NCBI GenBank assembly: GCA_963681965.1
Contig: OY820579.1
Span: 928,001-992,000, forward strand
Direction: 5' to 3'
Source: a bacterium
GTDB taxonomy: Bacteria > Electryoneota > JAOADG01
DNA: 64,000 nt
The position numbers and the translations under genes are program-made. The notes under the pieces were generated by a model, which worked only from the letters and a program-made list of their open reading frames with translations, was not told the origin of the DNA and searched no databases. How positions within the stretch are numbered: position 1 is the stretch's first letter; the number at the start of each line of letters is the position of its first letter. This document shows, in pieces, positions 30,577 through 39,825 of this stretch.

Positions 30577-32790
30577 TTAGAACATATAGCCAAATCTGAA
30601 GTTATACAAAGTACGATGAGTTCCGGTGCCGTGAATCGTCAATTCGAGCGGTCCGGCGATGGTTAGCCACCCTCCGGTCACGCCCCACCCCGCTTCGTAT
30701 TGTTTCCGGTCGAATTTCCATTGCCATTTGTCGAACACATTTCCGGCATTTCCTCGCAACAACAGGAAACGTTTGGGTAAGAATTCCCATTGCAAACCCA
30801 TCCGAATCGACTGACGGGCATGACCCCAGCTTTCGCGGTAATTCCATCCCATGAAATCGTCGACACCACCGAGCCAGAACACTGATCCTTCAGGAATTTC
30901 AGGTCCGGTAATCGCGCCGACGGAGTATCCACCGGACAACGTCCAATCGTGTTTGATCGGGAGGTGTCCGGAAAAATTCGATTGGATCGATCGAAATGTT
31001 CGACGGCATCCTAGTTTTCGATCGGAGATCTGACCCAGCAGATTGAAGAGGATCCCGTCGCTCGGATAAACCGACCGGTCAAGTGTTTCCACTGCAATCG
31101 CACTATTAATGGTATAGAAACTTTCAGTTGTTCGAACGGGTTGTCCGATAACAGGATTGCGCACATCGACCGTATTGTAATCGAATTCTACTCCGCCACC
31201 GCCGACAAACGAAGTCGAATAAAGGGTACCCGCATAGATTTCCGCGCGGGAATTGCGCACCCTTAGCTCGGTATAAGGCGAGTATTCTGTTTGCGTCATC
31301 ATGTCGGTGCGCTCATGATCGAGGAGAAACTGCATCCCGAAGCGCGGTCGGCTGTCAGTCATGACGTAATGGGACAAATTGTAGTGTTCGGCATTGCCTA
31401 GCACGATATCAAGTGTAGTCATAGTACCACGCCATGCGATATTGCGCAGCGTAACATTCAATATTGCCGCTGCTTTAATATCACTGTCGTAATGGAAGCC
31501 AAAGCGCAGCAAATCGGTCTTTTTTTCGACCACTTTCACGACCAGATCGTTGCCTTCCGCGTTATCTCGCAGTTTATATCCGACCCGTTCATAGAAACCG
31601 GTGCTATACACCCGGTTTATTGCTTTTTCAAGTTGATCTACGGTTACTTTTTTCGGTGCTTCCAGATCCAGCCGCGATGCGACCAGATTGCGAGTCGTCT
31701 TGTCCAATCCTTCGATATCGATGTTGGTAATATTAACCGAATCGGCAGGTTGAAAGAATTCGCGTTCGATTTGATCGTATTGATTGAGTGAATCCGCCAA
31801 TAATATGAGTTTCGGCAGTTGCAATCGAGCAGCATCTTCGCCGCGTTGGATGATGGCGGCGCAGCGATTGAAATCGAGGATTTTCAGGTCGCCAACATAC
31901 GGTTGAATTAGCAGATTGCTCAATTTGCGTTGCTGCTGATTGACGCTGGCATCGCGGAAACTGATGCTTTGGGCAATGATATCGACCAGATTGGTGATGT
32001 GGCGGGTTTCTTTTAACGGGGCACCGACATCGACCGCAATGACGTAATCCGCACCCAGATCGAAGGCGTCTTGAACCGGAAGATTGCGCGAAACGCCGCC
32101 ATCGACTAACAGTTTGCCGGGCGTGTGAACTGCGGTGAATACTGCCGGAATCGCCATACTCGCGCGGAGTGCTTCGGGAAGATAGCCGCTTTTCAACACG
32201 ACCGCATTTCCGGTTTCAAGATCGGTCGCGATACAGGCAAACGGGCGCGGAAAAGCTGTAAAATCGGTATCGCCGTGGACATGCCAACTTAATCGGCTCA
32301 GCAAGGTGCTGACTTTCTGTCCGGACATGATTCCAGTCGGGAGTTCCAGCCCATTTTTGCTGAACGGAACGGAGATCTGATACCGTTCGTGAAAGGTTTT
32401 TAGCTCCATTGCCAGATCGCGGCGTTGGGGGGTATCGTCGAACAGGTCCATCCAGTCGGTATGTACCGAAAGCGATTCGATTTCGGCAGGGGTGTAACCG
32501 ATCGCGTATAGACCGCCAACAATTGCACCCATACTGGTTCCAGTGACGATATCGACATTGATGCCGGCTTCTTCCAGTACTTTCAGTACACCGATATGTG
32601 CAAACCCTTTTGCACCGCCACCACTTAATGCGAGACCGATGATCGGTTTTCGCGGTAAGGTTGGGATTTTGTGGGTAGAATCTGAAAGAATTGGGGCATT
32701 TTTGGTCGAATCGGGGGTAAACTCTGCGCCAAACGCAAACAGGGTTGTATATAGCAGTAGGAGTGTGGCGAAAGATAAACGCATCGGCAT
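30577..32790 (-). CDS. Patatin-like phospholipase with POTRA and Omp85-type barrel (PlpD / type Vd architecture)
   Basis: Signal peptide; LSGGGAKG, GTSMG, DGG motifs; POTRA (INRVYSTGFY); C-terminal FRFGYMF. Confidence 0.9.
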   Translation of the reverse strand: MPMRLSFATLLLLYTTLFAFGAEFTPDSTKNAPILSDSTHKIPTLPRKPIIGLALSGGGAKGFAHIGVLKVLEEAGINVDIVTGTSMGAIVGGLYAIGYTPAEIESLSVHTDWMDLFDDTPQRRDLAMELKTFHERYQISVPFSKNGLELPTGIMSGQKVSTLLSRLSWHVHGDTDFTAFPRPFACIATDLETGNAVVLKSGYLPEALRASMAIPAVFTAVHTPGKLLVDGGVSRNLPVQDAFDLGADYVIAVDVGAPLKETRHITNLVDIIAQSISFRDASVNQQQRKLSNLLIQPYVGDLKILDFNRCAAIIQRGEDAARLQLPKLILLADSLNQYDQIEREFFQPADSVNITNIDIEGLDKTTRNLVASRLDLEAPKKVTVDQLEKAINRVYSTGFYERVGYKLRDNAEGNDLVVKVVEKKTDLLRFGFHYDSDIKAAAILNVTLRNIAWRGTMTTLDIVLGNAEHYNLSHYVMTDSRPRFGMQFLLDHERTDMMTQTEYSPYTELRVRNSRAEIYAGTLYSTSFVGGGGVEFDYNTVDVRNPVIGQPVRTTESFYTINSAIAVETLDRSVYPSDGILFNLLGQISDRKLGCRRTFRSIQSNFSGHLPIKHDWTLSGGYSVGAITGPEIPEGSVFWLGGVDDFMGWNYRESWGHARQSIRMGLQWEFLPKRFLLLRGNAGNVFDKWQWKFDRKQYEAGWGVTGGWLTIAGPLELTIHGTGTHRTLYNFRFGYMF

Positions 32791-32847
32791 GGAACAAGAT
32801 ACAACGAAAGGGGGAAAGGAGTCACCTGTTTTCGGGAGTCACTCCGA

Positions 32848-34074
32848 TCAAACCGTAATCATAATTCCGTCGAGGCGATCGGGACCAGTTTTGGGTGGAG
32901 TTTTCCGCTTGGCGATCGGGAGGGCGGCAAGATAGATCGCCGTTCCCCGCCCATATTTCAGGTTGAGTTCAGTAATCACTTTGGTCAATTCGGCGGAGCG
33001 CTCGTCCCGTTCGTATTCGCCGAAGAAGTCCGGTTCACTGGTGCCGTTCGGGTCGATATCGACGGTGACACCGGTACCGCGATAGATTCGGGAAGGAATA
33101 AATAGTTTTTCAAAACACTTTCGCACAGCTTTGATGATTGTCTCGTAGTTATTCGTCGGTCGCACCATTTTGATGGAACAGTCGTAAATCTCGAATTCCT
33201 TGGTGCGGAGGAATAGGTGCAACCGTTCGGCATAGATTTTTTTTGCGACCAATAGACTCGTGACCCGGGCGGCATGAAAGGCGGCAGCCGCAAACACGAG
33301 TTCGGGATCGACGGTCTTCAGTTCAAAATTGGCGGTACGCGAGACGCTTTTCGGCATCGGCTCGTCATGCAGGAACGGGTACATCGGTTGACCGTGCAGC
33401 TCGAGCCACATATCCATCCCGACTTTCCCCATCCACTTTTTGACTTTATCGAGCGGAGTATTATAGAAATCGAGTGCGGTCTGAATGCCGTATTTGTTTA
33501 ATTTCAGACCACGCCGTGAGCCGATCCCCCAGATCTCGTTGATTTCGCGATTGCCGAGGAAATCGATCAGATTGTCGTCGGTGATGACGGCGAGACCGTC
33601 TGGTTTGTGCCATTCCGATGCCAATTTCGCCAGTGTCTTCGATTTAGCAATTCCAAGTGAGACCGTGATCCCGACTTCATCCTTGATCCGCTGGCGGACC
33701 CATTCGCCGAGTTCCCAGTAATTTTTCTGGTAATAGGTGTCGAGTCCGGTGACTTCGATGAATCCTTCGTCGATACTGTAGATTTCGATTTCCGGGGCAA
33801 TATCGCGCAGCAGATCGAACATCCGGTTGCTGATGGCACCATAGAACCGGAAATCGACCGAGAGGAAAATCGCTTTCGGGGCGATTTTGCGGATTTCCCA
33901 GGCGGCAGTGCCGACTTTTACCCCGAGCGGCTTCAACTCGTAGGAACGGGAAATGACGAAGGCGTCGAGCGACGATAGCACTGCGACCTGCTTCCCGATC
34001 AGGGAGGGGTTGCGGAGTCGTTCGCACGACACATAAAAACAGTCGGCATCGAGGTGCATGATCATGGTGTTCAT
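32848..34074 (-). CDS. Y-family translesion DNA polymerase (DinB/UmuC-like)
   Basis: HLDADCFYVSCE, SRSYE.K..GV, YSIDEGF, SKTLAKLAS...KP.G, IWGIG motifs. Confidence 0.92.
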   Translation of the reverse strand: MNTMIMHLDADCFYVSCERLRNPSLIGKQVAVLSSLDAFVISRSYELKPLGVKVGTAAWEIRKIAPKAIFLSVDFRFYGAISNRMFDLLRDIAPEIEIYSIDEGFIEVTGLDTYYQKNYWELGEWVRQRIKDEVGITVSLGIAKSKTLAKLASEWHKPDGLAVITDDNLIDFLGNREINEIWGIGSRRGLKLNKYGIQTALDFYNTPLDKVKKWMGKVGMDMWLELHGQPMYPFLHDEPMPKSVSRTANFELKTVDPELVFAAAAFHAARVTSLLVAKKIYAERLHLFLRTKEFEIYDCSIKMVRPTNNYETIIKAVRKCFEKLFIPSRIYRGTGVTVDIDPNGTSEPDFFGEYERDERSAELTKVITELNLKYGRGTAIYLAALPIAKRKTPPKTGPDRLDGIMITV

Positions 34075-34203
34075 TCACCATAAAGTGGGGAGGAAAAAAG
34101 AGTAGGCAAAATTTTGTGCTAAATGATTGAATTTATGTCGTGCGACGTTGATATAAATAAACCTGAATTAATAACTAAAATTCTTTAAACTATATTTAGA
34201 TTT

Positions 34204-35340
34204 CTATAGTAAAACGTTATTATAGAAATCTAAATCGTCGGCTGGATATTCCTCTGTTAAGCTGGCGTTCGGTAAACACTCCAAGTCGTCGATATTCGTT
34301 ACAATCTTGTGCTCGATCATCGAATTCTGGAGAGGAACAGTCAGTTGTTTATTGGGTATGATCTGCGAGTATTTGATATTGCACCGTTCGGGAATTAGCA
34401 AATCTCTGATATATGCGCACTGAACGCGGGTATCATCCTTGATTTTTATTTTTCCGATCAAGCAGCAGCGTTTCACTTTCACGACACCATATAGACTGAC
34501 TTTTTCAGAGGAGGGTGTTTTTGAGAAAAGGTCGTCAATCTGATTGTCCTTGATCCGTAATAGTAAATCCTCAACCTTGAATAAACTCCTGTTAGCAAAA
34601 TAGTCTGCTAACGTTTCTTCTGTGAGGTTAACCGATTGTGAAAAGGTCGGAGGGATTCCAAGAATCGAAAAGCCGAGAATTTCTGCACCGCGTGTCGATT
34701 CCACATTGTTGCCAATAATTAGTGGTCCACCCCATCCTCGACCGTAGCGATAGGAGCTGCTGACAACCCCGCCTCCATCCCGACCAAGGCTATTGTTATT
34801 GCCGATTAAGATCCACCCTCGTTTAAAGGGAATATTAATATTTAGTTTATCGTTTAGCTCGTTATTATTGCCGATTAGGATATCTCCGCCACCCTTATTA
34901 TCGATTTTGATATTTCCTATCTGATTGTTGTTGCCGATCCGAACGATTCCGTTGTTTTCGCCGGTTATTAAATGAATAATATTGTCGTCGCCAAAAGTTA
35001 TGTTGGGTAAATCGATGCTCCCGTTAATAAGATTATTAACACCAAAATGTAAGTTAGAGCCGCGCAGCACTGTATAAGACAGTTTTGACCTTTCGCCGAT
35101 GACGATGTTGTTGCCTTCAATAGCGCACCCTTCACTAATGACAACGTCTTTTCCGATTACTGTTCCTTTTCGGATACGCGTAAAGGGATCAAACACTGTG
35201 AAGCCCACCGATTCAGCCAAATCGATCAGCTCATCTGCAGTATAGAAACCGAACCGTTTGAGTATTTCATTCCGGTATCTCAGAGCTTTCAGGGAATCGT
35301 GTTCGACATGCTGTTTGGGTACTTCGGGAATCAGTGACAT
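34204..35340 (-). CDS. Left-handed beta-helix (hexapeptide-repeat) protein, low GC
   Basis: Repeated [IF]G.N/D turns (VIGKDV, IGERS, FGVNN, FGDDN, IGNNN x3, IGNNV). ATG at 35340 follows AAGGT, 11 nt after the upstream stop (ORF track starts at 35364). Confidence 0.75.
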   Translation of the reverse strand: MSLIPEVPKQHVEHDSLKALRYRNEILKRFGFYTADELIDLAESVGFTVFDPFTRIRKGTVIGKDVVISEGCAIEGNNIVIGERSKLSYTVLRGSNLHFGVNNLINGSIDLPNITFGDDNIIHLITGENNGIVRIGNNNQIGNIKIDNKGGGDILIGNNNELNDKLNINIPFKRGWILIGNNNSLGRDGGGVVSSSYRYGRGWGGPLIIGNNVESTRGAEILGFSILGIPPTFSQSVNLTEETLADYFANRSLFKVEDLLLRIKDNQIDDLFSKTPSSEKVSLYGVVKVKRCCLIGKIKIKDDTRVQCAYIRDLLIPERCNIKYSQIIPNKQLTVPLQNSMIEHKIVTNIDDLECLPNASLTEEYPADDLDFYNNVLL

Positions 35341-35351
35341 CTTTACCTTTC

Positions 35352-38234
35352 TTACCAGTCCCAATCGTTGCGAACACCCATTTCATAATCCGACCAAGGG
35401 CGGCGGTTTTTGAACTCGATGTTTTGCAACTCAGAGGCTGTTCCGCGCTCTTCGTATTTATTCTCGCAACTAGTTACGAGATTGCCTTGCGGTGTGATCA
35501 TAATATCGGGCGCATCCGACCGGCTCTTTTTGGTACTTACGCGAATAAGCCCTTTGGAATAATATACACTCAGGATATCATCCTCACTAATTTCATCGAT
35601 TAAGGAAGAGAACTCCTTGTCGGATACAATAAACATCGACACATCATCCTCTGTTTGCTGGCCGTTGGGATAATATTCCTCGACGCGCCAGCGAACGTCG
35701 TTGTTCAAATTGAAAATCCAGCGGCCCAAGGCTACGATCTCTTTGATATTTGCCTTTGTCACAACGGTATTGATATCCAATTTGATCTTTTTCGTCTTAA
35801 TTTGTTGTAAAAATTCCTCGGCTTTCCGATGCATAAGACGACCGGTATTCTCGAATTCAAAAAGTTTGCTGTATGTTTCGGGAGTAATCGTATGAATTGG
35901 TAATAAGATTTGGTCGAGACAGGTGTCCAATTCATCAAGATCAGCAAGATTCAACTTTATTCCGGTTGTAGTCAAACAGGTATGGATCCGCGTATCGTGT
36001 GCATATTTGATGGCCTGAAACAGCAATGTCTTATGTTCCAGCGGTTCACCACCGGTAAAGGTAAGCCGATGAACCGAGCGCTCTTTTAAAACGTCGATCA
36101 ATTTGCGAATTCGATCGAAATCCATTGGCGGTTCATCGCGAACTGCTCGGTGACAGAACTTGCACCCGATGCGGCAATCTTCGGTGATTTGGTAGGCAAT
36201 ACTGACCGGGCGTGAGATGCGATTGTAAAATTGATAGCGGTTTTTCTGCCATAACTCTAAAAATTTCTTGCCATAATCACCGATCCAGATGTTTTCATGT
36301 GCTTCCTGGAACGACATCCATTTAAATGCGTCGTGTTCGGGCATATCGTTCGGAGTTGAAAAGATCATTTCCATTTCTGAATCTTTACCGGCGAAGTAAT
36401 ATACTAAGCCACGCACACGCAAAGTGTCGTAAAATTTATTCTTTCGCCATCCGACATCGGCAGTTTGATAGCCGAGTTCGCCTCCGGGAATAAAATCGTT
36501 GATGTTTTGGATACCGGTTTCTTCCAGTAGCTCGCGGATCGCCCCTTCGTGGCCGGTCTCGTGATATTCCATTCCCCCTTTTGGGTATTCCCATTTGTCG
36601 AGTGTATTCTTCCGTAACAACATGAGAAATTCATCTTGATCTGAATCGTCAGCTTTCTCGCGAAATACGATAATATCGCAACACTCGAGGACTCGTCGGC
36701 CATATTCCTCACGGACAAAATCACATTTAATCAGTTTATTTAGTTGTGTCTGATCGCATTCGATGGTTTGCTTGCTGTCTTTGATTCCGTTGAAACTGAT
36801 ACCCTTATACGACCAGAAATAGTTATTTCCCTCGATCTCGAAAAGATTGTTGACATAAATTTTAAAGAAATAAGGGGTAATCGCGAGCTTTTCGCCTTCC
36901 CAATCGATGATACTTGCGTGTGCATTATTCTCGATAATCGGATTAATTTCGATTCGACCAAATCCCGATTTAATGAAATTGCTTTGACGATTCAAATCTG
37001 TGCTGAAGAATTCACGAACCGCAGCATTGATCGTGAACTCGACCGATTCCGAGTTTCGCGGTACGACACCGCAAATTGGGAATTTCCACTTTCTTTCGTT
37101 GGTTCGTTCCAGTAAAACGCGCTCTTTTCCATCAACAATCGTGTAAATGTATCCGAAATAAAAGTCGGTTGGATTTTGCAGTAGCAGTTGGTAGAAAAGA
37201 CGTTCCGTTGAATCGGAGATCTGATTGTACAGTGCATCGGTTTTCTGCCAGTTGTCGCTGCCTAATAACCGGAGTTGCTGGAAGATTAGCGCACTGAAAT
37301 ACTCTTTCAAAAATTCATTGGATCCAGCCACATTGAGTTTTGCCTCGAAATGGAGGCGTGCCTGCCGTCGAATCTCGGCGATTGCTGCAAGAACTTTCTT
37401 TGACCTTGTGTCTTTGATATCGTCTGGAATCTCGAAATCGAAATTTGTATCTACCAGTTGAGACATCGAATCGGGAAAATCGTCCGTAACCATAAATTTG
37501 ATCTGTCGTTCCAGACGTACAAAATCGGTTGCCCAGTGGTTATAACCCGTCAGACCAAAATCGATGACACAGGGTGTGCCATCGTGACCGATCAGGATAT
37601 TGTGTTGATGAAAATCGCCGTGACAAATGGTCGATAAACAGGTGTTGGTGATGGGCCACTGCGCTTTGATCGCTTCCCAGTAATCGACAAGGTTTTGTTT
37701 GCCATGGTTTCTAAGATTGCATTCGAGCTCAGTCGTAAGTTGGTTTACATCGATAAATCGATAGACTTCCTTATGAGTATTCGCGTACCAGGGTTCGAGT
37801 ATTCGAAAGGTCTTTTTGATCATCTCGACGAGGTCTTGACGAGTGGCGGCGCTATTCAGGTATGCACCAAGATCCTTCTCGACCTGTCGGTACCGAACGG
37901 CAATACATCCCAACGAATTACGGATTTCAGCGTTGGCATATAGCATTTTCGCATAATTTCGCGTCGAGATAAGCTCTTTTTGGAGTTGAGTGAGCAGTGA
38001 TTTGGGAACAATTTTTATTACCCAATGACTCTGGTCATTACTCTTGAGGTCGATACATGCGGCAAAAACTTGAGCGCCTGATTTTCCCGGAGCTAATATT
38101 CTAAGAGATATAGTGGAGGGATTTTCTTCGTTAAAAATATCCTCCAACTGTAAATCGATTTCTTCAATATTATAGCGTATCGCGGCGAGTGCTTTTCGCC
38201 ATTCTTTTTCGCTACCCAAATATTGGACGCTCAT
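35352..38234 (-). CDS. Fusion protein: APH/protein-kinase-like domain + degenerate NUDIX + NUDIX + radical SAM
   Basis: GKSGAQV, VIK, HGDFHQHNIL, IDFGLTG, DFVRLE (kinase); KWKFP...AAVREFF (degenerate NUDIX); GGMEYHETGHEGAIRELLEETGI (canonical Nudix box); CRIGCKFC and TGGEP (radical SAM). ATG 38234 has RBS AGAGGAG. Confidence 0.88.
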   Translation of the reverse strand: MSVQYLGSEKEWRKALAAIRYNIEEIDLQLEDIFNEENPSTISLRILAPGKSGAQVFAACIDLKSNDQSHWVIKIVPKSLLTQLQKELISTRNYAKMLYANAEIRNSLGCIAVRYRQVEKDLGAYLNSAATRQDLVEMIKKTFRILEPWYANTHKEVYRFIDVNQLTTELECNLRNHGKQNLVDYWEAIKAQWPITNTCLSTICHGDFHQHNILIGHDGTPCVIDFGLTGYNHWATDFVRLERQIKFMVTDDFPDSMSQLVDTNFDFEIPDDIKDTRSKKVLAAIAEIRRQARLHFEAKLNVAGSNEFLKEYFSALIFQQLRLLGSDNWQKTDALYNQISDSTERLFYQLLLQNPTDFYFGYIYTIVDGKERVLLERTNERKWKFPICGVVPRNSESVEFTINAAVREFFSTDLNRQSNFIKSGFGRIEINPIIENNAHASIIDWEGEKLAITPYFFKIYVNNLFEIEGNNYFWSYKGISFNGIKDSKQTIECDQTQLNKLIKCDFVREEYGRRVLECCDIIVFREKADDSDQDEFLMLLRKNTLDKWEYPKGGMEYHETGHEGAIRELLEETGIQNINDFIPGGELGYQTADVGWRKNKFYDTLRVRGLVYYFAGKDSEMEMIFSTPNDMPEHDAFKWMSFQEAHENIWIGDYGKKFLELWQKNRYQFYNRISRPVSIAYQITEDCRIGCKFCHRAVRDEPPMDFDRIRKLIDVLKERSVHRLTFTGGEPLEHKTLLFQAIKYAHDTRIHTCLTTTGIKLNLADLDELDTCLDQILLPIHTITPETYSKLFEFENTGRLMHRKAEEFLQQIKTKKIKLDINTVVTKANIKEIVALGRWIFNLNNDVRWRVEEYYPNGQQTEDDVSMFIVSDKEFSSLIDEISEDDILSVYYSKGLIRVSTKKSRSDAPDIMITPQGNLVTSCENKYEERGTASELQNIEFKNRRPWSDYEMGVRNDWDW

Positions 38235-38288
38235 GCGATCTCCTCTACGCAATTGTTTAGATATAAAAGTAGTGAAGAGGTTGTTTGA

Positions 38289-39680
38289 TTACAATCTTTT
38301 CTCCAGCCACTGCGGAATCTGGTCGAGGGAGACGCGCACCTGCTCGAGGGTGTCGCGGTGCCGGATCGTGGCGGCGTGATCTTCCTTGGATTCGTAATCG
38401 ATGGTAATACCGAACGGTGTACCGATTTCGTCCATACGGCGGTAGCGCTTGCCGATCGATCCACCCTGATCGTAGAACACGCGCCACTTCTTATTCAGCG
38501 TGCGGTAGAGTTCATCGGCGATTTCCGGTAACCCGTCTTTGCGCATGAGCGGGAATACACCCGCTTTGATTGGCGCAAGCCGGGGATGGAAATGCATGAT
38601 AACGCGGTTCTCACCTTCCTGCTCGTCTTCGTCGTAACTGTCGACCAGCACCGCCAGCACTGCGCGGGTCAAACCGGCAGACGCTTCGATGATATAAGGG
38701 ATATATTTCGATTTTGACTCTTCATCAAAAATCGCCTGCAATTTGCCCGAAAATTCGGAATGCTGCTTGAGGTCGAAATCACTGCGATTGTGGATCCCTT
38801 CGAGTTCACTCCAGCCGAACGGGAATTCATATTCGATATCGAAAGCCGCCTTGGCGTAATGAGCTAATTCCCCTTTACCATGTTCGTGGAAGCGGAGTCG
38901 TTCTGGACGGAGACCGAGCACTTCGGTGACATACCGCATTCGCTCCCCTTTCCAGAAATCGAACCAACGATCGTCGTCGCCCGGTTTGACGAAATACTGC
39001 ATCTCCATCTGCTCGAATTCGCGCGTTCGGAAAATGAAGTTTCCGGGGGTGATTTCATTGCGGAATGCTTTCCCGATCTGGGCGATACCGAATGGTGGCT
39101 TTAGGCGCATACAATCGGCGATGGTCAAGGCATTGACGTAAATCCCCTGTGCGGTTTCGGGACGCATATAGACGACCGACGCGCTCTCTTCAACCGGACC
39201 CATAAAGGTCTTGAACATCAGGTTGAACTGACGGACATCGGATAAATCACTCGATCCACAGGTCGGACAGTAGCGATTGTCGGCGCGGGCGGGGGACTCC
39301 CCTTTATCTCCACTCGGTAGACGCCATTTGCGGACGGGAGCACCAGACTCGTCGACCGGTAGCTGATCGAAGCGGAAACGTCCCTTGCAGGTTTTGCAAT
39401 CGATTAATGGATCGGTAAAGTTGCTGACATGACCGCTCGCTTCCCAGACCCGTGGGTGCATCAGGATGGCGGCATCGAGACCGACGATCTCGTCGTGTTT
39501 GCGGGTCATCTCTTCCCACCAGAGCCGAGAGACGGTGCTCTTCAGCTCGACACCGAGCGGACCGTAATCCCAGCAGGAATTCAGACCGCCGTAAATTTCC
39601 GACGACTGAAAAATGAATCCACGACGTTTGCAAAGCGCAACGACTTTATCCATGACCTTTGAGCGATCGGCGATTGCCAT
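38289..39680 (-). CDS. glyQS: Glycine--tRNA ligase, alpha2 type
   Basis: LCKRRGF..SSEIYGG, WDYGPLG, RPETAQG, FRNEITPGNFIFRTREFEQME, SIGKRYRR.DEIGTP. Start placed at MAIADRS (ORF track starts at 39776). Confidence 0.96.
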   Translation of the reverse strand: MAIADRSKVMDKVVALCKRRGFIFQSSEIYGGLNSCWDYGPLGVELKSTVSRLWWEEMTRKHDEIVGLDAAILMHPRVWEASGHVSNFTDPLIDCKTCKGRFRFDQLPVDESGAPVRKWRLPSGDKGESPARADNRYCPTCGSSDLSDVRQFNLMFKTFMGPVEESASVVYMRPETAQGIYVNALTIADCMRLKPPFGIAQIGKAFRNEITPGNFIFRTREFEQMEMQYFVKPGDDDRWFDFWKGERMRYVTEVLGLRPERLRFHEHGKGELAHYAKAAFDIEYEFPFGWSELEGIHNRSDFDLKQHSEFSGKLQAIFDEESKSKYIPYIIEASAGLTRAVLAVLVDSYDEDEQEGENRVIMHFHPRLAPIKAGVFPLMRKDGLPEIADELYRTLNKKWRVFYDQGGSIGKRYRRMDEIGTPFGITIDYESKEDHAATIRHRDTLEQVRVSLDQIPQWLEKRL

Positions 39681-39825
39681 ACCAGTTTCCTTCCAATAGT
39701 AAGCGTATTTCGATACTTGGTTATCGATATAAGAGATACGAACAAGCAATAAAACAGGAATCGGGTGATTATGCAAATCGGGATGTATTTATTACACGGT
39801 CGGGGTTGGGAAAATTAGGATGAGG

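Noticed and set aside
34080-38288. att sites, direct repeats or mobility genes bounding the low-GC insert
   Set aside because: Only a trivial GATATAAA match is present at both ends; no integrase, transposase or tRNA, so it is not called a mobile element.
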